The position numbers and the translations under genes were made by a program. Shown here in pieces: positions 29,863 to 39,072 of a stretch of DNA of 64,000 nucleotides; position 1 is the first letter of the stretch; every line of letters begins with the position of its first letter. Source of the DNA: Clostridia bacterium (lineage in GTDB: Bacteria; Bacillota; Clostridia; UBA1381; UMGS1253); the NCBI GenBank assembly GCA_045652745.1, contig JAZRUW010000027.1, positions 353 through 64,352 on the forward strand. Reading direction: 5' to 3'. The notes beneath the pieces are model-generated. The model saw only the letters and a list, made by a program, of their open reading frames with translations. It was not told where the DNA came from and made no database searches.

Positions 29863-31056
29863 ATGAAAAAACCTTATACATATGAAAAATTGAAAGGCTT
29901 TCTCGCCGGCTTGTTGGTGGCAGTACTTTTCATGAGCGCACCGGCGATGGCGGATGCTTTATATCAGTCCATTGACGTATTGGTCAACCGCGTGCAGATT
30001 TTAATCAACGGACAACCGGCAGATATTGACTCATTGGTTTATAACGGGCGTACATATGTGCCGCTTCGTGCATATTCGGAGCTTTTGGATAAAAGTGTGG
30101 ACTATGACGATGCAACCATGACCGTTACGGTGCAAGACCGTGAGCAGTCGCTGATTATGAGCAAGGAAATTGCATTTTTGGTTAACGGAGAAGCGGTACG
30201 CGTGAGTACGTTTAAACAGATGCTTAACTGGTTTAAATACAATCTGGAACTCGGCGAAATGGATGCGCAGACTTACGCGGATTTTAAAGAGTTTGTGCGT
30301 CAGGAAACCGTTGCAAACTACATTGTGCATCAGTATGCAGCAGATGCGGGCATCCGTATGAGCACATCGGAAAGCGCCATGCTGAAATCTCAAATTGATA
30401 TTTACGCGAACAATTTCGGCGGTATGGAGAGTTTTGTGAAAAAACTCGAATCCTTCGGCGTGACTTACGATTTTTATTACTGGCTGCAGGAAACAGCGGT
30501 TTTGCGCGATAAGCTGACAGATATTATTATTGATCCGGTAACAGAGGAAGATATTTCCGACTACTATCAGAAAAATATTGCGCTTTACGCTACGCCGCTG
30601 GTTACGGCAAAGCATATTTTCTTAAATAAAAACGACGATACGGGGCATTCGCTTCCGCAGGCAATGCGCGAAGAGAAAAAACAGTTGATTGAGGATATTT
30701 TGCTGACTATGCAACGCGGTGAGGCGAATTTTGATACGCTGATGCACCGGTACTCCGAAGATCCGGGGCTGGCTGCTTATCCGGACGGCTATACGTTCGG
30801 TCGCGGTGAGATGGTACAGGCATTTGAAACGGCGGCATTTGCACTTCAGCCGGGACAGATGAGCGGTATCGTGGAAAGCGAGCTTGGCTTCCATATTCTG
30901 ATGGTGACCAAGCGTGAAACGCAGTATATACCGCTCGAAAGCGTAAAGACAACCATCTACAATTCTCTGCGCAACGAGCGCTACTACAAGTTTGCTGCGC
31001 CGCAGATTCAAAATGCGTACATTTTGCGCAATACAGAGGTTTACGACTCGATTTGA
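29863..31056 (+). CDS. Secreted PrsA/SurA-like parvulin peptidyl-prolyl isomerase with an N-terminal copper-amine-oxidase-N-like domain
   Basis: The signal/anchor sequence is [30 protein letters not shown]. ..[30 protein letters not shown] is a stalk-domain pattern. The C-terminal parvulin core is AKHIFL...[40 protein letters not shown]. Confidence 0.75.
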   Translation: MKKPYTYEKLKGFLAGLLVAVLFMSAPAMADALYQSIDVLVNRVQILINGQPADIDSLVYNGRTYVPLRAYSELLDKSVDYDDATMTVTVQDREQSLIMSKEIAFLVNGEAVRVSTFKQMLNWFKYNLELGEMDAQTYADFKEFVRQETVANYIVHQYAADAGIRMSTSESAMLKSQIDIYANNFGGMESFVKKLESFGVTYDFYYWLQETAVLRDKLTDIIIDPVTEEDISDYYQKNIALYATPLVTAKHIFLNKNDDTGHSLPQAMREEKKQLIEDILLTMQRGEANFDTLMHRYSEDPGLAAYPDGYTFGRGEMVQAFETAAFALQPGQMSGIVESELGFHILMVTKRETQYIPLESVKTTIYNSLRNERYYKFAAPQIQNAYILRNTEVYDSI

Positions 31057-31066
31057 GGTGAATACT

Positions 31067-31744
31067 ATGGTGCAAATCGGTAACGATTGGGACCGTGTTT
31101 TGGACGGAGAGTTTGACAAGGAATATTATTTAAAACTACGCGGTATTTTAGCGCAGGAATATAAAACACATACCGTGTATCCGGATATGTACTCGATTTT
31201 TAATGCGCTGAAATTGACGAGTTACGAGGATACCAAGGTTGTGATTTTGGGCCAGGACCCGTACCACGGACCGGGGCAGGCGCACGGTCTGGCGTTTTCG
31301 GTGCAAAAAGGCATCGCGATTCCGCCGTCCCTTCTAAATATGTATAAAGAACTCAAAACCGATCTCGGCTGCTACATTCCGGACAACGGTTTTCTGGAAA
31401 AGTGGGCAAAGCAAGGTGTGCTTTTACTAAATACATCGCTCACGGTGCGTGAGGCAAGTCCGAATTCGCATCAGAAAATCGGTTGGGAGATTTTAACTGA
31501 CCGTATTATACAGCTTTTAAATGAAAAGCAGACGTCGGTAGTATTTTTGTTGTGGGGCGCAAATGCACGCGCAAAAAAGGTGTTTGTGACTAACCATGTG
31601 CATACGGTATTGGAAGCGCCGCACCCGTCGCCTTTGTCGGCGAGCCGAGGCTTTTTCGGTTGCCGCCATTTTTCTAAGGCAAATGATATTTTGCGCATGA
31701 ATGGTCTTGAGCCGATTGACTGGCAGATTGAGAACTTGGATTAA
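31067..31744 (+). CDS. ung: Uracil-DNA glycosylase
   Basis: The protein contains [22 protein letters not shown] and HPSPLSA. The start ATG at 31067 follows gaggtg. Confidence 0.95.
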   Translation: MVQIGNDWDRVLDGEFDKEYYLKLRGILAQEYKTHTVYPDMYSIFNALKLTSYEDTKVVILGQDPYHGPGQAHGLAFSVQKGIAIPPSLLNMYKELKTDLGCYIPDNGFLEKWAKQGVLLLNTSLTVREASPNSHQKIGWEILTDRIIQLLNEKQTSVVFLLWGANARAKKVFVTNHVHTVLEAPHPSPLSASRGFFGCRHFSKANDILRMNGLEPIDWQIENLD

Positions 31745-32050
31745 AGGTAGGACGAAAAATATAAAAGCAGAGGGATTGGGCGGCGCGCCCAATGCCGCTG
31801 CTTTTTGTGTGTGAAACGGATGCATATTGCGGTTACTGTGTGTGGTATGAGACCTGTATGTCACGAAGTGAATTTCCGTGCAAAATCCTGCATATAAATT
31901 TTTCTAAATCCATTGACTTTTTTTGAAAAACATTGTATAGTGATATTTGTCGTTTTATGTGTTATTTCATATAAAATGCGTGAATATACAGCTTGCGCAA
32001 AAATGGCAAACTACAAACGCCATGCAGGCAGTAAGACAGGGGATTGATAA

Positions 32051-33088
32051 ATGTCTAAGATTATACGTTTGGAGAACGTGTCCAAAAATTTCGGAACAAC
32101 GGAAGTATTAAATAATTTGAGCCTCTCAATCGACAGCAGCTCTTTTGTAACGCTGCTCGGTCCGTCCGGTTGCGGCAAGACAACGACCTTGCGCATTATC
32201 GGCGGTTTTGAGATGCCTTCATCAGGAAGAGTGTATTATAACGACACGGATATTACCGATCTGCCGCCGTACAAGCGCAGTTTAAATACCGTGTTTCAGA
32301 AGTACGCTCTTTTTCCGCATATGGATGTTTATGAAAATATCGCATTCGGTCTGTATTTAAAGAAAATGAAAGAAAGTGAGATTAAAGAAAAGGTAACGCG
32401 CATGCTTAAGCTCATTAACCTTGACGGGTATGAAAAGCGCGATTTCGACTCGCTTTCCGGCGGTCAGCAGCACCGCGTGGCGATTGCACGTGCTCTCGTC
32501 AACGAGCCGAAGGTGCTTTTGCTCGACGAACCGCTCGGTGCGCTTGACTTAAAACTTCGTAAGGAAATGCAGATTGAACTTAAAAATATTCAAAAGTCGC
32601 TGGGCATTACTTTTGTATATGTAACCCATGACCAGGAAGAGGCCCTGACGATGTCGGATACGATTATCGTCATGAAGGGCGGCAATATTTTGCAAAACGG
32701 CACACCGCAGGACATTTACAATGAGCCGCAGTGCGCTTTTGTTGCCGATTTTATCGGTGAATCGAATATTATTGACGGTGTGATGCACGAAGATAAGGTT
32801 GTAAGTTTCTGCGGCCGCAAATTTGAGTGCGTGGATACCGGCTTTGCGCCGGAGGAGGCGGTGGATGTTGTTATCCGTCCCGAAGACGTTAAGGTGGTTG
32901 CGCCCGAGGAAGGCCTTTTGACCGGTGTGGTAAAATCGTGTATCTTCAAGGGCGTGCATTATGAAATGGTCATTGATGCACCGGGTTTTGATTTTCTCGT
33001 ACAGTCCACATTGGCCAGCGAGGTTGGCTCCAGCGTGGGTCTTACGTTTATTCCGTTTGATATTCATATCATGCACAAGGAGGGATAA
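32051..33088 (+). CDS. potA: Spermidine/putrescine ABC transporter ATPase
   Basis: The protein has Walker [10 protein letters not shown], the signature LSGGQQHRV, Walker B LLLDEP and a TOBE-like C-terminus. Confidence 0.9.
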   Translation: MSKIIRLENVSKNFGTTEVLNNLSLSIDSSSFVTLLGPSGCGKTTTLRIIGGFEMPSSGRVYYNDTDITDLPPYKRSLNTVFQKYALFPHMDVYENIAFGLYLKKMKESEIKEKVTRMLKLINLDGYEKRDFDSLSGGQQHRVAIARALVNEPKVLLLDEPLGALDLKLRKEMQIELKNIQKSLGITFVYVTHDQEEALTMSDTIIVMKGGNILQNGTPQDIYNEPQCAFVADFIGESNIIDGVMHEDKVVSFCGRKFECVDTGFAPEEAVDVVIRPEDVKVVAPEEGLLTGVVKSCIFKGVHYEMVIDAPGFDFLVQSTLASEVGSSVGLTFIPFDIHIMHKEG

Positions 33089-33090
33089 GT

Positions 33091-33921
33091 GTGAAAAAAA
33101 CGCTTTCTGCCTATCCGTACCTTGTGTGGGCAGCACTTTTTATTGTTGTGCCGCTTTTGCTTGTGGCGTATTACGGCTTTACTGTAGAGCAGGCGGACGG
33201 TTCTATGGTGTTTTCGCTTGAAAATTTCAAGCACTTTTTCACCAGTGAAATCTATCTGCAGGCGCTCTGGCGCTCCATCTGGATGGCGGCGGTCGCTACG
33301 GCCATTTGTCTGCTTTTAGGCTATCCCGTGGCGTACTATCTTTCGGGCACGCTGTTTAAAAACAAAGGCCTGTTAATTTTGCTTTTGGTCATCCCGATGT
33401 GGATGAATCTGCTTTTGCGTACCTACGCGTGGCTGATTTTGCTTGATACCAAGGGCATCTTTAATACCTTGCTCGGCTTTGTGGGGCTCGGGCCGTATGA
33501 GTTTTTGTATGGTACGCACTCCATCATTTTCGGTATGGTGTATAATTTTTTGCCGTTTATGATTTTGCCGATTCATTCCGTGCTCGTAAAACTTGACGGC
33601 TCTCTTATAGAGGCAGCGCAGGATTTGGGTGCAAATCCGATGCGTGTGTTTTTTAAGGTGACGCTGCCTTTGTCGATGCCGGGCGTGTTCTCCGGAATTT
33701 CGATGGTATTTATGCCGGCGGTGACCACCTTTGCGATTTCAGATATTTTAAGCGGACGTAAAATTCAGCTCATGGGTAATGTAATTGAAAATCAGTTTTT
33801 GCGCGCGGACAACTGGAACTACGGCTCCACCATGTCGCTGATTTTGATGGTGCTGATTTTAATTACAATGTTTATCTCCTCCAAGGCGGATAAAGATTCG
33901 GAAGGAGGCGGTATGTTATGA
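33091..33921 (+). CDS. potB: Spermidine/putrescine ABC transporter permease
   Basis: This is a six-TM permease with an EAA loop (IEAAQDLGANPMRVFFKVTLP). Confidence 0.85.
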   Translation: MKKTLSAYPYLVWAALFIVVPLLLVAYYGFTVEQADGSMVFSLENFKHFFTSEIYLQALWRSIWMAAVATAICLLLGYPVAYYLSGTLFKNKGLLILLLVIPMWMNLLLRTYAWLILLDTKGIFNTLLGFVGLGPYEFLYGTHSIIFGMVYNFLPFMILPIHSVLVKLDGSLIEAAQDLGANPMRVFFKVTLPLSMPGVFSGISMVFMPAVTTFAISDILSGRKIQLMGNVIENQFLRADNWNYGSTMSLILMVLILITMFISSKADKDSEGGGML

Positions 33922-34688
33922 GTAAAGCACTCAAAAAACTTTACGTCTCTCTCATATTTGTATTTATGTATGCCCCGATTGCGGTTTTGGCGATTTATTC
34001 ATTTAATGATTCCAAATTCCGTACGGCGCAGTGGAAAGGGTTTACCTTTAAGTGGTACGAAAAACTCTTTGAAAATGAGCAGATGCTCGGCGCGTTGCAG
34101 ACGACTTTGTACATCGCATTTTTGTCTGCCGTGATTGCTACAATTATCGGCACGCTGGCCGCAATCGGTATCCACAATATGGGTAAGCGCACCAAGGGTG
34201 TCGTGATGGCGGTGACCAATCTTCCGGTACTCAATCCGGATATTGTAACGGGTATTGCGCTGATGCTCTTGTATGTATTTGTCGGCATCCCGCTCGGCAG
34301 AACATCGCTTCTATTGTCGCATATTACCTTTAATATTCCGTACGTGATTATTTCCGTTCTGCCCAAACTCGGACAGCTCAATAAAAACATGTACGAGGCG
34401 GCGCTGGATTTGGGCGCAAGTCCGACCTATGCGTACCGCAAAATTATTTTGCCGGAAATTCTGCCCGGTATCATTACCGGTTTTCTGTTCTCGGTGACGC
34501 TGTCGATTGACGATTTTGTCATCAGTTTCTTTACATCGAGAACGGAAAATTTGTCCATCTACATTTACAATGCGGTCAGCAAAAAGTATGACCCGTCCAT
34601 CAATGCACTTTCGACTTTGATGTTTGCGGTTATCTTTATCTTGCTCGTGATTGTAAATAAGCGAAGTGTGAAGGGGGAAAAACAATGA
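33918..34688 (+). CDS. potC: Spermidine/putrescine ABC transporter permease
   Basis: The protein has an EAA loop (YEAALDLGASPTYAYRKIILP) and sits in the operon position. Confidence 0.85.
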   Translation: MSKALKKLYVSLIFVFMYAPIAVLAIYSFNDSKFRTAQWKGFTFKWYEKLFENEQMLGALQTTLYIAFLSAVIATIIGTLAAIGIHNMGKRTKGVVMAVTNLPVLNPDIVTGIALMLLYVFVGIPLGRTSLLLSHITFNIPYVIISVLPKLGQLNKNMYEAALDLGASPTYAYRKIILPEILPGIITGFLFSVTLSIDDFVISFFTSRTENLSIYIYNAVSKKYDPSINALSTLMFAVIFILLVIVNKRSVKGEKQ

Positions 34689-35716
34689 AAAAGGTTTTAG
34701 CTGTAGTTTTAATGCTGACACTCGTGGCTTGTCTGTTTTCGGGTTGCAGTGATGACCGCGTAACCATTCGCGTATACAACTGGGGCGAATACATCGACGA
34801 GGATATGATTGACCTGTTTGAAGAAGAAACGGGCATCCGCGTGGATTATACCACATTTAACGATAACGAAAGCATGTATGCTAAGGTAAAAAATGCCGGT
34901 GACGATTCCTACGATGTTATCGTGCCCTCGGACTATATGATTAAGCAGATGATTGCAGAAGATATGCTTCTGCCGCTCAACAAGGCAAATATTCCGAATC
35001 TTGTGAATGTAGATGATATTTATGTAAATCCGAGTTATGACCCGGAGAGCGCGTATTCCGTGCCTTACCTTGCAGGTCTGGTCGGTATTTTGTATAACAC
35101 CGATGAGGTGGATGAGGAAATTACAAGTTGGCGCGCGCTCTTTGACGAAAAGTACGCAGGCAAGGTTTGTATGCTCGATTCTATGCGTGACTCCATCGGC
35201 TTGACGCTCAAAATGCTCGGCTATTCGATGAACGATACCGATCCGGCGCATATCGAGGAAGCAAAGAACCTGCTTATCGCGCAAAAACCGAACGTGCTCG
35301 CTTACGGCACGGATGAGTTGACCGAGAAGGTTATGAGCGGTACGGCGGCGATGTCGATGGTATACCCGGGTGAGGGCATCGGCGCGGTTGCAGAGCAGCC
35401 GGAGAATTTGAAGTTTGTTATTCCGACAGAGGGTAGTAACCTCGCGGTGGATTCGTTTGTTATCCCGAAAAATTCTGCGCATCCGGCAGAGGCGGAAGCA
35501 TTTATTAACTTTATGCTCCGTCCGGATGTAGCGGCTGCCAATGCGGTTGCCAGCGGCTATGCGACCACGAACAAAGCGGCGAAAGAATTACTGCCGCCGG
35601 AGGTTGCAAATAATGCATGTCTCTACCCGAGTGCGGACGTTATGGCAAAGTGTGAGGAATTTACCAGTGAAAACACCCCGTACGTAGAAGCGTGGAACGA
35701 GATTAAAGCTAGATAA
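34685..35716 (+). CDS. potD: Spermidine/putrescine-binding lipoprotein
   Basis: The protein has a lipobox (LFSGCSD) and the PotD pattern ..YNWGEYID..VPSDYM... Confidence 0.85.
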   Translation: MKKVLAVVLMLTLVACLFSGCSDDRVTIRVYNWGEYIDEDMIDLFEEETGIRVDYTTFNDNESMYAKVKNAGDDSYDVIVPSDYMIKQMIAEDMLLPLNKANIPNLVNVDDIYVNPSYDPESAYSVPYLAGLVGILYNTDEVDEEITSWRALFDEKYAGKVCMLDSMRDSIGLTLKMLGYSMNDTDPAHIEEAKNLLIAQKPNVLAYGTDELTEKVMSGTAAMSMVYPGEGIGAVAEQPENLKFVIPTEGSNLAVDSFVIPKNSAHPAEAEAFINFMLRPDVAAANAVASGYATTNKAAKELLPPEVANNACLYPSADVMAKCEEFTSENTPYVEAWNEIKAR

Positions 35717-35792
35717 ATCTATTTGAAATTGAAAATCTGGAAGGGAATGGCAATTGCCGTTCCCTTTTGGTTTATAAATTTTGTATTTTTGC

Positions 35793-35821
35793 TTGACAAT
35801 ATGGGTAAAATATGCTAAACT
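35793..35821 (+). promoter_or_regulatory. Promoter of the tRNA-Ser pair
   Basis: TTGACA (35793-35798), a 17-nt spacer, then TAAACT (35816-35821). Confidence 0.55.
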
Positions 35822-35864
35822 AGTGTCTGCGGTTGCGAAGAAGAGCGCCTGACTGCGTTGATCT

Positions 35865-35951
35865 GGAGAGGTGTCCGAGTGGTTTAAGGAGCTGGTCTTG
35901 AAAACCAGTGATACGCAAGTACCAAGAGTTCGAATCTCTTCCTCTCCGCCA
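35865..35951 (+). tRNA. tRNA-Ser (anticodon UGA)
   Basis: The sequence is GGAGAGGTGTCCGAGTGGTTTAAGGAGCTGGTCTTGAAAACCAGTGATACGCAAGTACCAAGAGTTCGAATCTCTTCCTCTCCGCCA. The anticodon stem is CTGGT/ACCAG with loop CTTGAAA. It has a long variable arm and an encoded CCA. Confidence 0.9.
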
Positions 35952-35978
35952 CAATTTTATACCATTTTAATTCGGTTT

Positions 35979-36070
35979 GGAGAAGTACTCAAGTAGGCCG
36001 AAGAGGCGCCCCTGCTAAGGGTGTAGGTCGGGAAACCGGCGCGAGGGTTCGAATCCCTCCTTCTCCGCCA
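35979..36070 (+). tRNA. tRNA-Ser (anticodon GCU); its 3' end is the probable prophage attachment site
   Basis: The sequence is GGAGAAGTACTCAAGTAGGCCGAAGAGGCGCCCCTGCTAAGGGTGTAGGTCGGGAAACCGGCGCGAGGGTTCGAATCCCTCCTTCTCCGCCA. The anticodon loop is CTGCTAA. It has a long variable arm and an encoded CCA. Confidence 0.9.
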
Positions 36071-36079
36071 AAACAAGAA

Positions 36080-36120
36080 ACCGCATAACAACGGGTTTTT
36101 CCCAGTGTTATGCGGTTTTT
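36080..36120 (+). terminator. Terminator of the tRNA operon, supplied by the prophage end
   Basis: The 11-bp stem is accgcataaca / tgttatgcggt and is followed by ttttt. Confidence 0.65.
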
Positions 36121-36197
36121 CTTTGTTTTGATTGTGCGACATATCGCGACATATCGTGCGCATTTTGAATATATTTCTTTGTCAAATCTTTGTCAGC

Positions 36198-37244
36198 TTA
36201 TGCGCTTATTTTGTTTTCGGCGATAAAGGTCAGCCATTTTTCTTTTGAGCTGCCCTGCCGCAGTTCGGAAAGGTGTGTGTAGATTTCAAGTGTGGTTTCG
36301 ACATCGGCGTGACCTAACCATCTTTGTGCGGTTTTTACATCCACCCCGGCGTCATAGAGCATCGTAGCATATGCATGGCGCAGCTGATGCGGTGTTGCCT
36401 CGATGCCAAGCTCTGCTTTGTATTTATCCCACATACGAGTGAATTGCGAATCTCGATATAACTCGCCATATTGATTTGCGAAAATGTATTTGCCTCTCAT
36501 TCGAGGCTTTAACAAGTCAAATATAAAATCCGGTAGCGGGATTTCGCGGTTGCCGGCTTCCGTTTTCGGCGAATATTTGATCTGTGGCACTTGGCCTATC
36601 CATTCCACTGTCTTTGATATGCGCACCGACTTGTCCTTTTTGTTGAAATCGGAAGGCTCAAGCGCAAGCGCCTCACCTTTTCGACAGCCGGAGTACAGAT
36701 AGAACAGCGCAAGCACAGCGGCATCCGTATCCTTTTTTGTTTTGATTTTTTCAATATCTATATCTTTTGGTGGTTCTCTTTTTTTCTGCGGCAGGTCCTT
36801 TGGGAGTTTAGCATCTTTGCATGGGTTGCTTTTCAGCATTCTGTGCTCCACAGCGTAATCAAATATCAGACTACATACGAGCTTGCGTGATTGTACGGTC
36901 TTTTTCGCGTAGCCTTGTTTTTTGAGTGCTTTTAAAAATGCGCTGATGTCAGCAGTCTCGATTTCCTTGATGTGCATATCCCCAAAAGCCTTTACTACTT
37001 GTGCCTTCGCCGGGCGGTATTGCTTCAAGGTGTTGTTCTGCAGGGATGGCCAGTGCTCTTTTTCCCAATTGTCGGCTACAATTTTAAACAACTCGCCGCG
37101 TTCCAATTTCTCTTTGTATTCTATCATTTGCCGGGCGATGTCACGCTCTGCAGCCTTCTCGGTTTTGGCACGGCTGTAAAAGTGTACCGGCTCACCGTTT
37201 ATCACGATGGTTTTCGGCCATCTGCCGTCTGGTCTTTGTTTCAT
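36198..37244 (-). CDS. int: Tyrosine integrase
   Basis: The C-terminal catalytic region is ..GCRKGEALAL..HQLRHAYATMLYDAGVDVKTAQRWLGHADVETTLEIYTH, which gives the R..HxxR..H..Y pattern. It has an N-terminal SAM-like domain and lies next to a tRNA. Confidence 0.9.
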   Translation of the reverse strand: MKQRPDGRWPKTIVINGEPVHFYSRAKTEKAAERDIARQMIEYKEKLERGELFKIVADNWEKEHWPSLQNNTLKQYRPAKAQVVKAFGDMHIKEIETADISAFLKALKKQGYAKKTVQSRKLVCSLIFDYAVEHRMLKSNPCKDAKLPKDLPQKKREPPKDIDIEKIKTKKDTDAAVLALFYLYSGCRKGEALALEPSDFNKKDKSVRISKTVEWIGQVPQIKYSPKTEAGNREIPLPDFIFDLLKPRMRGKYIFANQYGELYRDSQFTRMWDKYKAELGIEATPHQLRHAYATMLYDAGVDVKTAQRWLGHADVETTLEIYTHLSELRQGSSKEKWLTFIAENKISA

Positions 37245-37276
37245 TAAAATAACACATTCCCTTCTGAAAATTAGTA

Positions 37277-37394
37277 TTGCAAATAAGAAGGAAATGCGCT
37301 ATAATGAGTGCGAAGCCATTTTCCTTCAATTTGGTGTTGTTGGTTTTGGTTTTCGTCATAACCCTTGGCATTGCCGTGCCGGGGGTTATTTTTT
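37277..37394 (+). ncRNA. Candidate small antisense RNA unit (promoter plus a terminator that works on the + strand only) in the gap between the zinc-ribbon gene and int
   Basis: TTGCAA (37277-37282), a 17-nt spacer, then a perfect TATAAT (37300-37305). A 13-bp hairpin at 37358-37389 (ataacccttggca / tgccgggggttat, 6-nt loop) is followed by TTTTT on the + strand only. The predicted transcript is about 83 nt. Confidence 0.4.
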
Positions 37395-37396
37395 AA

Positions 37397-37942
37397 TTAT
37401 CCTAAAAATCCTGCAAAAAAGCCGATAAAGATACATACAAGTATAAGTATGAGAATGGCAATGAACGGACCCACTACACAACCGATAGCCGTTTGGCTGA
37501 CTTTTTCCGCCGGTGTAGGTTCGCCGCAATGCGGGCAACGCTTTGCGCGTGGGGATATGGCAGCACCGCACACTTTACAAGTGATTGTACCTGGTCTCAA
37601 ATTTACAGAGGAAATAGAGTTTGCATCAGCCTTTGATGTGGAGTGAGCCTGCACTTTTTCCTCCGGCAACTTTTCGCCGTTTGCATATATATCCATTTTG
37701 CTAGTTTTTGCATTGAATTTTGTCATGAAATTTGCATTTTCGCCATTAATGTTTACTTTTATAATCGTTTCTTTTTTCCACATCGAAATTGAAATAATGT
37801 GCTCTCCATTTTCAACTTCACACTCGAACTGCTTGCCGTTGGCAATCTTACCTACTATGCTATCGTCTATTTTAACTACGCAGCTGACAGCGCTACCGCC
37901 CATGACGCTTTTTCTATTGATAACAATCTTTGTTTTCTCCAT
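37397..37942 (-). CDS. Zinc-ribbon membrane protein co-transcribed with the repressor (candidate superinfection-exclusion function)
   Basis: The start lies 13 nt after the repressor stop, with RBS aagggag. The protein has CKVCGAAISPRAKRCPHCG (a CxxC..CxxC ribbon) and a C-terminal TM helix (VVGPFIAILILILVCIFIGFFAGFL). Confidence 0.6.
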   Translation of the reverse strand: MEKTKIVINRKSVMGGSAVSCVVKIDDSIVGKIANGKQFECEVENGEHIISISMWKKETIIKVNINGENANFMTKFNAKTSKMDIYANGEKLPEEKVQAHSTSKADANSISSVNLRPGTITCKVCGAAISPRAKRCPHCGEPTPAEKVSQTAIGCVVGPFIAILILILVCIFIGFFAGFLG

Positions 37943-37955
37943 TTTTAAAGCTCCC

Positions 37956-38636
37956 TTATATTTCTCTTATCAGCAGCACCGGCATGCCGAGTACACGGCA
38001 ATGCTCCAGTGCTTCACCTTCAATTGTTTTTGGCATATACTCCGGATTTATCGGGAGCATGCGCAACCAGTCCTCGCCCTGGACATATTCTACCTTTTTG
38101 AGCGTTACATTTTCATCGTCGTACAGTATTGCGCCGATTTCGCCGGAACGGTTTAATGTCGACTGTCTTAATATAAGTACTTTGTCCCCGTCCATATAGA
38201 GCGGATACATACTGTCGCCGACTACTTTTAATACGAAGAAATCTGATGCCTTTCGCCCACGTAGATAGGATGTTGGTACATCCACCGTATCGCCGGACCA
38301 ATCCTCAACGGCAAGTTTGTCATATCCTGCAGCCACATCTCCGATAACCGGGAATGTCACGACATCCTCTGCGATGCGAGGATGCTGCAGAATAATGCTC
38401 GACCGTGAATTACTTGATGTAGATTTTCCGTTCAAATAATCTATAGACACATTAAACAAATCCGCAATACAGGTAATTGTATATATTTCCGGTGTTTGAA
38501 ACCCAGTTTCCCATTTGCTTATCATCACGCGATCGGTTTTTAGATTGTACTGTTCGCGCAATCGTTTTGCCATTTCTTCTTGTGTTAATTTGTGAGCCTT
38601 GCGAAGTTCTCGAAGGCGAGTTTGTAAATTACTCAT
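37956..38636 (-). CDS. CI/LexA-type phage repressor (XRE HTH plus S24 peptidase)
   Basis: The HTH is LRELRKAHKLTQEEMAKRL..ISKWETG. The Ala-Gly cleavage site is GDVAAGYD. The catalytic residues are the Ser in VVGDSMYP and the Lys in VTLKKV. The start ATG at 38636 follows ggagggga. Confidence 0.9.
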   Translation of the reverse strand: MSNLQTRLRELRKAHKLTQEEMAKRLREQYNLKTDRVMISKWETGFQTPEIYTITCIADLFNVSIDYLNGKSTSSNSRSSIILQHPRIAEDVVTFPVIGDVAAGYDKLAVEDWSGDTVDVPTSYLRGRKASDFFVLKVVGDSMYPLYMDGDKVLILRQSTLNRSGEIGAILYDDENVTLKKVEYVQGEDWLRMLPINPEYMPKTIEGEALEHCRVLGMPVLLIREI

Positions 38637-38657
38637 GTAATCCCCTCCGTTAATGCA

Positions 38658-38766
38658 ATAATAACATAAATGTGTCGAAAGTGCAACAGTTTTTTGAGAT
38701 TTTTTTAAAAAAAGTGTTGACAAAGGAACGAAACGGTGCTAACATAAATGTGTCGACAACGAAACA
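38658..38766. promoter_or_regulatory. Divergent lysis/lysogeny switch: repressor promoter, cro-side promoter and operators O1/O2
   Basis: On the minus strand, TTGCAC (38686-38681), 17 nt, then TATTAT (38663-38658). On the plus strand, TTGACA (38717-38722), 17 nt, then TAACAT (38740-38745). The operator-like 26-mers are aacataaatgtgtcgaaagtgcaaca (38663-38688) and aacataaatgtgtcgacaacgaaaca (38741-38766). The core includes the palindrome TGTCGACA. Confidence 0.7.
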
Positions 38767-38781
38767 ATGGAGGTGATATGG

Positions 38782-38997
38782 ATGGGAAAACGCGAAATTA
38801 AGCACCCGGAATATTATGCAATTCCAGGGTATATGATTTTAGCAAAAAAGAGCGATGAAGACTGTGCGGATTTTCTTGATATGAGCGTTAGAACTTATAA
38901 AGAAAAGATTAAAGGTTTTTCGGATTTTTCTGCTGAACAAGGAAGAAAATTAGCGGAGTTTTTGGGAGTTACGCAGAGTGAAATTTTTTTAATTTAA
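38782..38997 (+). CDS. Cro-like small HTH regulator
   Basis: It is divergent from the repressor. The RBS is ggaggtg. The HTH-like segment is ..DCADFLDMSVRTYKEKIKG..LAEFLGV. Confidence 0.65.
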   Translation: MGKREIKHPEYYAIPGYMILAKKSDEDCADFLDMSVRTYKEKIKGFSDFSAEQGRKLAEFLGVTQSEIFLI

Positions 38998-39017
38998 AAT
39001 GTGTCGACAACGAAACA
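38997..39017. promoter_or_regulatory. Third copy of the operator 21-mer (O3), downstream of the cro-like gene
   Basis: The sequence aaatgtgtcgacaacgaaaca is identical to 38746-38766. Confidence 0.6.
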
Positions 39018-39072
39018 TGTCTTACGAAAAGAGGTGAAAATATGAAAAGGTTTTTCAAAGAGTATGGATGGA

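Noticed and set aside
36136-36155. A perfect tandem 10-mer (gcgacatatc twice) and a nearby tctttgtca twice, between the tRNA and the int stop. These were considered as integrase arm-type binding sites.
   Set aside because: The idea is plausible but cannot be supported without the attR side, which lies outside the window. The att core also cannot be delimited, because I saw no second copy of the tRNA-Ser 3' end in the window.
37207-37428. A 73-aa + strand ORF from the ORF track, in the gap between the zinc-ribbon gene and int.
   Set aside because: It has no RBS and an odd composition. It spans the int start codon region and the promoter/terminator unit, which is the more economical explanation for this DNA.
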